64,000 bases of DNA from Okamejei kenojei (lineage: Eukaryota). The stretch is taken from positions 13,392,001-13,456,000 of the forward strand of contig CM069149.1 of the NCBI GenBank assembly GCA_035221665.1, written 5' to 3'. Of this stretch, positions 1 through 11,785 are shown one piece after another (within the stretch, counting starts at the first letter, position 1; every line of letters starts with the position of its first letter). The notes below the pieces were generated by a model, which searched no databases, had not been told where the DNA came from, and saw only the letters and a program-made list of their open reading frames with translations. The translations under genes were made by a program, and so were the position numbers.

Positions 1-118
1 AAATTGTCTCTATGTATGTAGGAGTGTATGTAAGTGTGCAGGGATTGCTGGTCAACATGGACCCGGTGGGCCGAAGGGCCTGTTTCCTCGCTGTATCTCT
101 ACACTAAACTAAACTAAA
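1..118 (+). mobile_element. 3' end of HE1-type tRNA-derived SINE (tail shared with HER1/CR1 LINE)
   Basis: GGTGGGCCGAAGGGCCTGTTTCC..CTGTATCTCTA followed by a (CTAAA)n tail; the same tail occurs in the fuller copies at 32762 and 59623. Confidence 0.75.
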
Positions 119-175
119 AAGGTTGCCTTGTTAGTTGCACACATCTTTCGGGCTGATATAGATTAGATCAAAATT

Positions 176-511
176 GCCACCCCACACCCCTTCCCCTACC
201 CCTCTCCCACCCTCCCCCTCTCCCACCCTTCCCCTCCCCCTCTCCCCCCTCCTCCTCCCCCTCCCCTTCACCTCCCCCTTCCCCCTTTCCCCTCCCCCCC
301 TCCCCTTCACCACCTCCCCCACTTCCCCTTCCCCACCTCCCCACTCCCTCTTCCCCTTCCCCTCCCCCTCCCCCCATTCTCCTCCCCCCCTTCCCCTCCC
401 CCCACCCCCTTCCCGTTCCCCTACCCCCCTGCCCCTCCGCTCCCCTTCCCATTCCCCTCCCCTCCCCCCTTCCCCTCCCCCCCCCCTTCATTTACCCCCT
501 CTTCCCCTCCT
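176..511. repeat. C-rich polypyrimidine low-complexity tract (degenerate CCCCT/CCCCTT units)
   Basis: About 335 bp of almost only C and T; explains the Pro-rich and Gly-rich spurious ORFs. Confidence 0.95.
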
Positions 512-773
512 CAGATACATCTCGGTAACAATCAACTTAATTCATGTCCACCAAGAAACCTAAAGGAACAGTCTCAAAAATGTGTCTTCAGACTGTTAAA
601 GTTGAACTTTGATATTGAAACTAAATTAACTGTGATGTCAAGGCAACGCCCAAGATTTAAGAGTGTTGTTACTCAGGATTCAAATAACATTGGAAATAAA
701 TTGAACTTTATTCCTATAGGCTGCATCTCTGTTTCTAATTGAAAACTTATTTCTACTTGCCTCTTATTTTAAG

Positions 774-932
774 GTACGCTGAGCATTTAGGGTCATTTAG
801 AGACCCCAAAATGGAAAGGTCTTTGATTGTTGTTTGTTCACACAGCAGAACAGTGTCAGCATTCTCTGAAACTACATCTTGTGGTAAACAAAGCTTCATG
901 TCTGAGAAAGAAGAAAAAATCTCTTTGGAATG
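774..932 (+). CDS. LRRIQ1: LRRIQ1 coding exon (7th from last; gene starts upstream of window)
   Basis: ttttaag| acceptor and TG|gtaagt donor (phase 2). Encodes YAEHLGSFRDPK...SEKEEKISLEW, resembling the recalled LRRIQ1 SEKEEKISEEW motif. In frame with the next exon. The 5' boundary is less certain. Confidence 0.8.
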
Positions 933-1211
933 GTAAGTCCAATTTAAGATGTTTGATTAATAGAATAGAATAGAATAAATTATATTATATTAATATAATC
1001 TATTCTATTAATAGAATTGAATAGAATAAATGAAACATGCAATGGTATACCATATTTGTACATAAAATAATCTCATAAAAATTCACAATTTTGTTTGTAT
1101 TACTCCATCAATTGAAAATAAATATTTGTTCAGTTACTTAAAGGTTTTGAGTGGGGTTTTTTAAATAATTTTTGATGACAAAATATTTCTTATGGTTTAC
1201 ACTTCTGAATA

Positions 1212-2219
1212 TAGCAATGTTACAACATTTTGAGATTTAAAAAATCAAGTCTGCAATTTATCCCATCAGATAAAGCATAAAATTAAGTTTAATTTGACAC
1301 CTAATTCAGTTTCATATCTTCAGTATTAAAAGAGTTATGCCCATTTTCATACTCGGAAATTAGCATCTTGTTCCCCATTGCCTTTCCATTGACTTAACAC
1401 AAAAGCTGTGATCTAGGACAGTCAAAAGCCCATAACTTTCTTAAAAATTGAGAGAACTCAATGAAATGTTCAGTTATTATAGATTGAAGCATTCTGAAAT
1501 AAATATGAAACAATAACTTGGATGACCAGAAATTAAAGCATATAATTAGTTAGTTACCTAATTGTAGCTAATTACAAAATTGAATTACTAGATCTAAACA
1601 TCTATCCATTTCTTTAAAAAAAATAAACTTTTTTAAATTGCCTAAGTGTCCAAATAACATTCACACAATATAACATGCTTTTTAAATCTAATTTTCATGA
1701 ATTTAATGGCCAAATGGAAGGAATTTAGTGTTTAATTCCTGTAAATTAATGGCCATTTAAATCAACTTGCGAGTGGGTTTTAGTGGAACGTGGTGGATTG
1801 GAACGTTGCGGTTTGCGGTGAAGTCGGCATGAAAAACACTGCCGGTTCATACATTTTGCAACATGAAAATGTGATTAAATGCTTCCTAAAAACCAAGTTT
1901 TAATGTAAAAATAAACTGTGCACTTTATTTTCTCCCCTACGTAAAATCCTTCCCGTTGTCGGCGCTCACGGCTTTAGAAGATGATTTTTAAATTACTCTA
2001 GATAATAAATAATCTAGCGTAATTTAAAAATACCTTCATGAATGAAATGTCGGAGCGATTTCTCTTCAGCAACAAAATCCCCTGACATGGATCGATTTGC
2101 CCTGTCTGTGGAAAAACGGCACTTTAAACACGTCCCCCTCTGAAAGGCGCCAAAGTCACGCACACACGGGGAGCGGCAGAACTGCAGCGCTGCTCAAGGT
2201 AAGTTTTGTAACATACCTA
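1212..2219. mobile_element. Non-autonomous DNA transposon-like element, ~1 kb, imperfect TIRs, 7-bp TSD
   Basis: Left end TAGCAATGTTACAACAT; right end read as reverse complement TAGGTATGTTACAAAAC; CTGAATA flanks both sides (1205-1211, 2220-2226). Confidence 0.7.
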
Positions 2220-2455
2220 CTGAATACTGTACATTGAAAGCGTAGGAAACATGTAGAAAGATACCATTGTTTCTTCATAATTTCTAAAAACATAAATTTT
2301 GTAGTTTTGCATGCATTTTGTAGTTTTTAAATTTTGTTGATGTTGTCACTTGACTTGTGGTTTTGGTATGATTTTTTCATAATTTCTTTCAAGGCATATG
2401 TTTATTTGACACAGATATTCTTAAACTGTTTGCTTCTTGTCGTTGCTACTAATAG

Positions 2456-2544
2456 GGGCTTTAAGGATGTTCACACTGCACAGCTAATGCTGAAACGAGC
2501 TCAAAAAATGAAGTCCAAGAAAGCAGAGGCAAGAAAATTGCAGG
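2456..2544 (+). CDS. LRRIQ1: LRRIQ1 coding exon
   Basis: aatag|G...CAGG|gtatgt. Encodes (W)GFKDVHTAQLMLKRAQKMKSKKAEARKLQ, matching recalled human WGFKDISTAQQMLKRAQKMKSKK. Confidence 0.93.
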
Positions 2545-4759
2545 GTATGTTTGCATTTCCCTCTGCAACTTGACAGCCATCCAGCAAGGCAGTCTAGAGG
2601 GCAAAGAGATTCATGTACTCTTTCTTGATAAAATTGTTCACTCTTTCATTTACCTTTAGTATAAGAGCCTTAACTCGTATGTAAGGAAGTTTATTGTTTT
2701 GAGTTATTTGTGCAGAAATTTGTGTTTGATTAGCTTTGCAAGAATCATACGATTGTAATTTTTTTATGGATGAACGTAAAATGAATGACTGGCATTGTAC
2801 CCAGTCTGACCGGCTGCCCACACTCGCCACCAACTGCCACCATTCCTGCCTCCCCCCACCAGCCCCATGGCTTTCCTGTGGGTACAGTTTTGCAGCTCTA
2901 TGGCAGCCTTCAATCTGGAGCCGTTACTGCATGGCCGCCTACTGAAGCAGAATGTCCCATAATGGTAACTAGGCAGTGAAGACTAAGCCTCTGTCAAAAT
3001 TGGCTTTTCATAGCTTGCTGCTGTCAATAGCTTTTGAATGATTTTCCAAATGCCAAGGACATTTAACAACAGTTCAAATAGACTTAAATATTTTTTTTAA
3101 TAGCAAATTTCCTTTAAAGTGCCAAATTGAACATGACATTAATTAGAAACATTATGAAGTAAAATTAAAGGAAATTGTCATATCACTAATGCATTAATTT
3201 CCATTAATTGAAAGGGATCATGCTCCATGAACCCAAATGTAAAATGAGTCTGACTCTCTGGATTCAACACAGTGCACCTGATTGCAATTCATATCTGTGC
3301 TACAAACACAGGTCATAGATGAGCTGAGCCATGAAGAGGATAATGCTGGCATTTCCCAGAGTGCTGGATAAAAGTGAAAAAGGACAATATGCAGATACAT
3401 AATCCTCATAAGATCACTTGCTCTTCTAAAATTAATGTAATGGCTCTGAGGGTCTTATAATGTGCATTCTGTGCCAATCTTTCTCATCTTTTCCAGGCCA
3501 TCTTGTTCTGTCTGCATTAATAAGAATCCTGGGCCTTGAAATTTGATTTGAAAACAATTGTTAGAAAAGTAATACATGAGAAACTTGATTCGGATTGACC
3601 TGGAATTCTTGATTCGGATTGACATCTGAAATTCATATAAAGACACCATGGAATAATTACTGAATAAAGATGTTGCATTTGTGTAAAATCACAGACTGCA
3701 TTGTTGGGAGTGTTTAGCAGCAACTCACTATAACTGGTACTTATTCAAGTTATGCCTGTACCTTTTAAAAGGCAGTTGCAATATTTGCAGTCATTGCTGG
3801 AAGCCACTCCAGTTGTTTGGGAGTGATGAAGCAACACACCTTAATTATCTGACTTCAGAGTAGAAGAGGAGGAAAGTGCGCCTCCACACCTTTGGACCCA
3901 GGATTGATTTACAATAGAAATGCAGCAAAAGTAGGTACAATTTGCCTGAGATTTCAAGCAAAGAATAAGATCCAAAGGATCTGTTAATGATTTCATTCAC
4001 ATCATCAAGTTTATTGAATACATCAAGAAATCGTATCTCCCAAGTTCCTCGCGGCACACTTAATGATCCAGGTAACACTCGTCCATTAGTTATTTGACAA
4101 CAATGTTAATTTAAATCCCTAAATAACATGCATCTGCTCCACAACACACTCAAACACATTCCTTTAATACTCGTGCATTCATCACAGAGTTCTTAAAAAT
4201 TATCATCTGTTCAACATTTTAGGTGCATTATTTAGATACTTTGCAACACACTCATGAACATTGCATAGATGTTCTCACCAGGCTGGCAGAATTTGTGACA
4301 ACATCAGGCTAAGTTGCTGCAAAGGAAGGTACTTGTAATTACAGGCATCAGAACAATAGTAGCCTGTGGCATGATATTTTATTTTATCTGATCTTATTGG
4401 GTATTTACTTTCTTGGTGGACCGAGGTATTTTTCCTCCACCTTCTGTTATCAGTCTTCTTAATCCTTCGAGTAGTCAATTCCCTAGCCAATAATTTTGAT
4501 TTTTTTTCTTGAAGGATATCGATTCCTGTTTACCTCATCAGAACTTGAATTTTATTCCCTTCTAAGTTACAAATGTGATATGATCGTCATTAAATCTGCC
4601 AATATAGGAAGCAGTCTTATTGCACGGTAAAACAAGGTTTCAATGAGCAGAAGGAAAATTATCCAATATTCCTTTTCTCTCTGTAATATTATCCCAATAC
4701 TGAGCACCATTTTCCCTTCAATTTTCTTCAACTTCCCCATTTGCTAGTAGAATAGCTTA

Positions 4760-4875
4760 AGGGCCTGTCCCACTTATGCGATTTTTTCCGCGACTGCCGG
4801 CACCCGTCATAGTCGCAGCATGTCGCCGATAAATTTCAAAATGTTGAAAATCCAGCGGCAACCAGAAAAATGTGG
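4760..4875 (+). mobile_element. PIF/Harbinger-type MITE, left end only
   Basis: TTA|AGGGCCTGTCCCACTT TIR; the internal sequence aligns with the reverse complement of 19720-19828. Confidence 0.7.
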
Positions 4876-4989
4876 GAGATTTTTAAAGTGTGATAGCAAG
4901 AATTTAAGGACAGCATGTTCCTGTTAGGATGAATGGCAAGGCTGATAATTTTAGGGAACCCTGGTTGACGAGAGCTATTAAGATTTTAA

Positions 4990-5450
4990 AACTACCATTG
5001 GATACACAAATGCCAATGAGTGAAAGAGCAGGTTGGAGTCTGGGTAACCTGCAGCAAGTGCCTAATCTGTTTCCCTAAGGCCGGTCCATCATCTCTATTG
5101 TTTGGATAAATGCTGCACCAACACCAATGAAAGCAAAACAGTCTGCTTGATTAGTATCTTATCAATAAGCCTACACAGTCAGTCTCTCCACCATTGAAAC
5201 ACTGTTGTTGCTCGGTGCACTATCTACAAAACGCACTGCAGATACTCACCTAGGTGACTGTGACAGTACCTCTCAAACTCTTGACTATCTTCATGACCTC
5301 TACCTTTATGAACAAGAGCAGCAGGCACAGAGGATACCACATCTGCAAGTTCCCTTCATGTCTTATGCCATTCTGATTTGTGAATATATTTCAATACCTT
5401 CATCATTGCTAGTTCTGAATCCTTCATCTCCCAATCCAGCAACTTGGTGA
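4990..5450 (+). mobile_element. Degenerate chondrichthyan LINE (CR1/L2 group) 3' fragment
   Basis: CAAGAGCAGCAGGCACA..ACCACATCTGCAAGTTCCCTTC..CATTCTGATTTG..CCTTCATCATTGCT resembles recalled shark LINE 3' regions. Confidence 0.45.
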
Positions 5451-6929
5451 AGTACCTTTTCCAGGACAGCAGCAGTTAAAGAATAGCTCACCATTATTTT
5501 TGCTAGACAAATTAGAGATGAACAGTAAATACAGCTTGTGCAAGCAATTCTCAATTCTTGTGCATGATACTAAAACAAAAGCCAATAGCTTCAGGAAGAA
5601 ATGATACAAAAATATGGCTTTGGAAAAAATAACGAGTGTAAGACAAGATAGCAAAACAGTGGAAATATTCTAGATTGCCCACTAGAATTTCAGCATTATA
5701 TCTCAAGCATAATTTATGTGCCTCAGAAGAATTACTGTCATATTTCATGGAGTATTCAGAAAAGGAAGGGAAAAAAATAGCTGGCAAAGAATATGATTCC
5801 ATGTCACTCAGTATGCCTTTTGGCTGCCTGCCTATGGGAGCATCCATGGTCATGTCATTGTATTGGCGCCTTTATGCTTTTTGTAAAAGAAGGGTGGTAA
5901 ATGTTAAAAAAAAATCAAAACCAAAGCTTCAAAACAGAATTCCAGCTTTTGCAATAATACATTAATAATCTTAACCATCAATTTTATCTCTCGCTCCACA
6001 GACAGAGCTTTTGTTATATTATTTATTATGATTACATATTCTGTTGTGCTGCAGCAAGAATTTCATTGTTCTATCTGGGACATATGACAATAAAACACTC
6101 TTGACTCTTGACCTAATTAACTTTTTTCATTATTTTATGTTTTACATTTATGGCATCATACCTTTATGTGACCGATCACTATGTCAGAATTATACCCCAA
6201 AAGTACAATAAATCCACGGTTGATTGATTACATTCAATATGCATCATGTTGATCAGCCTAGCAATCATCCACAATTTTTATATCCAACAAGTCATATCTG
6301 TGGATCCTGGCACCAAAAATGACTGAAGAGGGTTCTCTTCAACGTTAGATGCAAACATCCACCATTTGCTGACAAACAGCCACAGTAAAGGCCTTCGACC
6401 TATGTTTCTTAGGCATTTTATAATCTCTTTTACTCGTACAAAAATGTTACTTTGCCTCTCGTATTCTGGAGTCACTCATGGCTCAGTAATACCACCATGG
6501 GTTTTGAGGAGGAAGTTTTTTGGTTGAATTTCTACTTTGATACTTTAGTCCATTTTGGTGAGGTATTGAAATCATTGTCCTCCATTCTGAGGTGCTGCAA
6601 ATTGTCCAAAATAATTATTCTCATGTATGACCAAATCTTACCACCTTTAGAATGTCTGTCTGGAAGGAAGTCTAGCCCCATGAGAATACAAGAACTCTCT
6701 CCTGTCTGTACCTCCTTTGAAATTATTCCATCAAACTCCAATGCAATGTTCAAAAACCTTGGCATTGGTATAATCACATATCCTGATCCTTGTGCTTATC
6801 TCAGGCTATACAATTTAATATAATTTACAAAACTCCTTTGTTTTCAATTCTCATATAAAAATCTGGTGAAATCCATCTTTTATAAACCCTGAAGTTCAGA
6901 CTGCAGTTAAAGAGGCACTTGCATGACAC

Positions 6930-7115
6930 TAGAGAAGATGGATGCATGAATAGCTCAGCGGTTTAGGCAGCATCTCAGGTCAACATTACAATCTGAAGAA
7001 GGGTCTCGACTGGAAATGTCACCTATCCATGTTCTCCTGGGATGCTGCCAGACCTGTTCAACTATAACGGCACTCTGTCTTATTTTGTAAATCAGCATCT
7101 GCAATTCCATATCTC
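6930..7115 (+). mobile_element. Penelope-LTR-like short repeat with degenerate hammerhead core (inverted plus direct arms)
   Basis: CTGAAGAAGGGTCTCGACTGGAAATGTCACC at 6993, preceded by an inverted family segment (CTCAGCGG..GGCAGCATCTC). Confidence 0.6.
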
Positions 7116-7510
7116 TACTTGTGTGAAGCTAATCGCATTTGAGGCTCTTTATGAGTTGCCAAATAGAGTTCCAGATTGCAGATCATTATATTTTCCTTAA
7201 TTTTGTATCTTATGAACAAGATACATCATTGTGCATTTTACCTTCCTTGCCATTGGCTCTTTCTATTCTTTTTGCAAACATTATCCTGATTTTTGTGTGT
7301 CTGTGGTGTACTGCTACGTTGTTAATGTCCTGTTTGGTTTTTGCAGGGCAAGTATTTTTATTTTCATAGCTAGACTGCTAAAGTCCTGATCTTTGTCTCA
7401 ATTAGGTTTTTTTCAGACTTCCATTGGTTGGATTATTCATTGTTATTCACGCTGGGTGTTTCAACACCTACTAATTTTGCATCCCATTAGGGGGAGGAGA
7501 CACCTCTGTA

Positions 7511-7746
7511 TTTCACACAGAGAGTTGTGAGTCTGTGGAATTCTCTGCCTCAGAAGGAGGTGGAGGCCGGTTATCTGGATACTTTAAAAAGAGAGCTTTA
7601 TAGGGCTCTTAAAGATAGTGGAGTCAGGGAATATGGGGAGAAGGCAGGAAAGGGGTACTGATTGTGGATGATCAGCCATGATCACATTGAATAGCGGTGC
7701 TGGCTCAAAGGGCCGAATGGCCTACTCCTGCACCTATTGTCTATTG
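7511..7746 (+). mobile_element. CR1-clade LINE 3' end
   Basis: TTCACACAGAGAGTTGTGAGTCTGTGGAATTCTCTGCCT (FTQRVVSLWNSLP) ... GGCCTACTCCTGCACCTATTGTCTATTG tail; close second copy at 27070. Confidence 0.85.
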
Positions 7747-7872
7747 AGACGGGACATAAGGTCAAGGGAATTGTTCATATAAGAATCATACTAGTCATAC
7801 TGCAATTAATCTTGATATTTTTTCTCCTTTTGCGAGTCCGACTGAACTTTTTTTCTGCTCTCCTTATTCTAG

Positions 7873-7971
7873 ACCCGGTAGCTCGATTGGCTTTGTTCAA
7901 GAATAAGAAAAATAAATATCTTCCCATAAAATCATCAAAGATGATGTACAATGGAGTGAAATATTTTAATG
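7873..7971 (+). CDS. LRRIQ1: LRRIQ1 coding exon
   Basis: ttctag|AC...AATG|gtaagt, phase 1 to phase 1. Encodes (D)PVARLALFKNKKNKYLPIKSSKMMYNGVKYFN, similar to recalled human DSTVRLALFKNNENK. Confidence 0.92.
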
Positions 7972-8392
7972 GTAAGTGTTAAACCCAGCGATTTGAGAGA
8001 CAGGTTTTGCATTAAGCAATTATATGCATTGATTGATATTCTATATGATGTCAAGTCATGTTTATTGTTACATGTGTAAGTATGGAAAAATGAAAATCTT
8101 GCTTGCAGTAGCATCAGAGGTATGTAACAGACCATAGATGCAATGTCAACACCAAACACAGTGCATTTCTACCACTTTATCTTTTGCATAATATTTCATA
8201 AAATTGTTGACATTCGTGAAAATAATGTGAATATTGTACATGAGTTGAAAGTTCAATATAATTCATTCTTCTATTTGTTACAAGAATGTATGCAACATAT
8301 GCAACAGCGAATTATCTTGGATCATTGATTTTAAGATAATCATTGATTTTAAGCCACTTTATCATGAGAGCGGATGCATTCATGGAAGATGA

Positions 8393-8876
8393 ACATAGAT
8401 CATAGAATCACAGGAACAGACCCTCAGACCCACGATATCTGTGCCAACCATAATGCCAATTTAAAGAAATCAGTGCCTGCATGTGGCCAATATCCCTTCA
8501 CCCTCCACATATTCATTTTAAATATCCTTTCAAAGTACTAATGTGTAACCCTAGAAAGGAAAAATATATATTTGTTTCTTTACAATTGAATTACTTCCAC
8601 AGTTTAGAAGTAATTTTTGTGCCAATTATATTTTATAATCTCACAGTAAGTTCACTCTGATTTTGTAATGTCAGTCAGCATAAAGTAACACAATGGACAG
8701 TGGACTAGTTAGCATAGAGCACAGAAAAGTACATGGGCCTTTCGGCCCACACTGTCCGTGCCGAACGTGATGTCAAGCCAAACTGATCTCATCTGCCTGT
8801 ACATGATCAATATATCTCTAATCTGTGCAATCCCATGTGCCTATCTAAAAGCCTCTTATACACCACTATTGTATCT
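8393..8876 (-). mobile_element. Two degenerate CR1-type LINE 3' ends
   Basis: GGCCTTTCGGCCCACACTGTCCGTGCCGAAC..CTATCTAAAAGCCTCTTA (8711-8876) and a similar segment at 8393-8540; both are reverse complements of the tail at 24400-24540. Confidence 0.6.
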
Positions 8877-8986
8877 TAACATCCAAGTTTCCATCAGCTT
8901 TACCCACAATACATCTTGCACTGAATTAAGCACATTTCATCCCCATATTCATGAACCTCTCCCTGCCTGTCCTTCCATGAGACTTA

Positions 8987-9306
8987 AGGCCCTGTCCCAC
9001 TTTCCCAAGTTACTCACAAACTCTCCCGAGTTTTCCCCTTGATTCGACTCGGGGAATGTCGGGTAATGTCGGTAGAGAGCCCGTGGGAGTCCGTAGATGT
9101 TTTGTAGCAGCTTGTAATGCCAGCCGTAGGAACACAGGGCATCAGGTAAGTCAGGATGTTTTTTCAACATGTTGAAAATTGTCCACGAATTTAAAAAAAA
9201 TAGCCCCGAGTACCTACGAATGGCTTTTACCGTAATTCTCCGAGTTCGAATCAAGGGGAAACCTCGGGGGAGTTTGTGAGTAACTCGGGAGAGTGGGACA
9301 GGGCCT
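8987..9306. mobile_element. Complete PIF/Harbinger-type MITE
   Basis: TIRs AGGCCCTGTCCCACT / AGTGGGACAGGGCCT extend as ~70-bp imperfect inverted arms; TTA TSD at 8984-8986 and 9307-9309. Confidence 0.88.
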
Positions 9307-9439
9307 TTACTTGTCAAAACGTACATTTTCTCATCAACCCTTCCATTTACTGACCTTCTGTTCAGGGTTTCCCACTCCTCTGCCATTCTAGTTTAAATCC
9401 TCCCAAGTAACACTAGCAAACCTCCCTGCAAAGTTGTGC

Positions 9440-9715
9440 AGTGAGTGCAGCTGTTTCATGGCTCCAGCCACCTGGATTTGATTCTGACCTTGGTAGTTCA
9501 CCCTATGACCATGTGGGTTTCCCTTGAGTGCTTTTGTATATGTTGGTCATTAGGTGAGTTAGCTACTTGAAATGCACCTAGTGTACATCAGTAGTAGGAG
9601 TGTGTTAAAGTGCTCATGTGACAGAATAGATTACAGGGCAGAGAAAATGGGATTGATGGAATTGCTGAGAGCCAACATATGATTGAGGGCACAAATGGTC
9701 TTCTCTTCTGTCATG
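9440..9715 (+). mobile_element. Degenerate tRNA-derived SINE
   Basis: GATTCTGACCTTGG..GACCATGTGGGTTTCC..GTGCT core is similar to the HE1-type copies. Confidence 0.5.
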
Positions 9716-10114
9716 AGAAAATCCGATAAATGTGAAAGCACATTTAGCAATAATCAAACAATAATGGTCTTTAATTCAACCCAAGAAGAGTTATCACTCG
9801 TTTACCTTCCTATCTAAATGAATGTACATGTCATCTCTTATTTGCACATTGTATTATTTTAGATATTGAAATAATATGTGTAGTTTTTTATTATGAGAAA
9901 TAATGGGCTTGTTTAAACCATCCCACCTCTTACACAATTGTGTGGTAGATTATAATTAGTTAAATACCAAACATCACAGTTCTTTACATTTTAAATGCAA
10001 AAAATTGAGCAATAAACACTCATAAAAGGCAGATAAGAACCTACTTTCCAAATCTGTGGTCTAACAATATATTTGGTACCATCATTTAAATTTAATGTTA
10101 ACTTAATAGAGTAA

Positions 10115-10201
10115 GAGACACAAAAAGCTGGAGTAACTCAGCAGGCCAGACAGCATCACAGGAGAAAAGGAATAGGTGACGTTTCGGGTTGAGACCCTTC
10201 T
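10115..10201 (-). mobile_element. Penelope-LTR-like short repeat (truncated in the hammerhead core)
   Basis: AGACACAAAAAGCTGGAGTAACTCAGC..GGTGACGTTTCGGGTTGAGACCCTTCT. Confidence 0.7.
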
Positions 10202-11609
10202 CCTAACCCGTGGGTTATCTGGTAGTTGGTCTGGCGTGAGAAGCTACTTGCGTGAGATTTTTAGCAGATCTGTGGTGAAGAAGAAGTAGGGCGCACCATC
10301 CAAGCTACTCTAGCTTCCCCGTCTTCCTCCTGCCATCTAATCTCAGTCCGTTATCCCACTGAGCTCCACCTGACCTTCATTGCTGCCATCCCAATCACTA
10401 GTGATTTACCAGTGCCGTTCCCCTTAAAAATTACACAAAGGAACTACTCATCTACTCATATTCCATGTTTTCTAAAAAGTAATGAGTCATTTAAATATGT
10501 GATTGCTAACAAATTTGAATAATTTTCCCATAGTTTACTGGCAAGAGAGTAGTTTTGTGCATTAAACAAGGCATATCTTATTGAAGGACAAATGATTTAG
10601 GCCGAGAAAGGCATGTAAATGTGAAGTAGCTCATGGATTCAGTATCAGGATTGTGCAAGCATTTTATGCAGCCATGTTCTACTACACATGTGCTCAAGTT
10701 ATGTGCTCACTGAACACTAAGAAAGAGTATTTAAAGAAAACCTGCTCTGAACAATATGGATGCTGAAGTTATCACGTACAATAATAAAAGCCTTACAAAA
10801 GGAAGCTCATACATATCGCCTGTTTTCCCATAATGTCTGACCATTGTTAACACTGGAGAATGCAGAGGAAGTGACCATCAGAATGGCCAGGTTAGGTGGT
10901 GGAGAGGAGAAAAGGATCACACATGGCCAGTTGGAAAATGGTGACTGATGGATGTATTGGGTGATTCAGTTTGTTTGCGGAGATGAGCTGATAGGACTTG
11001 GGCAGTCAATTGACAGGGCAAACATCATAGGAAATGCCAGTGATTCTGGGAAGAAAGGTTGGGCAGATAACAGCACCAATGATACAGAGAAGGGTATAGT
11101 GAGACTGTTCACTAAGGAAGAGTACTTAAAGAAAATCGTGCTCTGAAAAATATGGATGAAGAAAATATTCCCCAGAAAAAGCATGGAGATGGTGGAGCCC
11201 TTAAATAGCACCAGAAAGTGCTTTTCTCTTAGGTTAAATTTAAATTCCCTGGGCAATGCTCACATTGTTTGCAGACTCATATGTGCAGTACAGTGTGCGC
11301 AAGTGACATCAAAACAGCCATACCATGCCACTTGACTTCCTTGAGCTCATTCAGCCACCTCTGTGCTTCCAATCATTATGTTCACAGGGGCCTCGGCATC
11401 TAATCTCCAAAGGTGTACGCAAAATGAAATAAGAACCAGATTGTACTTAGCATTTGAATTTTTTTTAGTATAAAATATCAATGCAAAGCAGTACTAAATG
11501 TCTGCGTCATTGTCCTCTTAATATTTTTACATCCATTGTTCTTTAATAATAGACCAGATTGTATGCATTAACAGGCATTAGCTATACGCAGAGATTGGAC
11601 AAATTTATA

Positions 11610-11785
11610 TTGTGTTCTCTGGAACATCGGAGGTTCAGAGAAGTCCTGATAGAAGGCTTTTTGATGGGCACATGCACATGCAGGAAATGGAGAGTGGATC
11701 ACATGCAGTCAGAGGAGATTAGTGTAAGTTAGCATCATGGTCAGCACAGACATTGTGGGCAAAAGGGCCTGTTCTATGTTCTATG
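11610..11785 (+). mobile_element. Internally deleted CR1-type LINE 3' end
   Basis: TTCTCTGGAACATCGGAGG..AGACATTGTGGGCAAAAGGGCCTGTTCTATGTTCTATG. Confidence 0.6.

Noticed and set aside
131-563. Gly-rich and Pro-rich ORFs
   Set aside because: Translations of the C-rich low-complexity tract.
3584-3630. Short tandem duplications (also ~8320-8352, 26709-26763, 63871-63907)
   Set aside because: Two-copy micro-duplications typical of slippage or repair; not arrays.
8949-9386. 145-aa minus-strand ORF
   Set aside because: Spans a MITE with long inverted arms; no transposase motifs.
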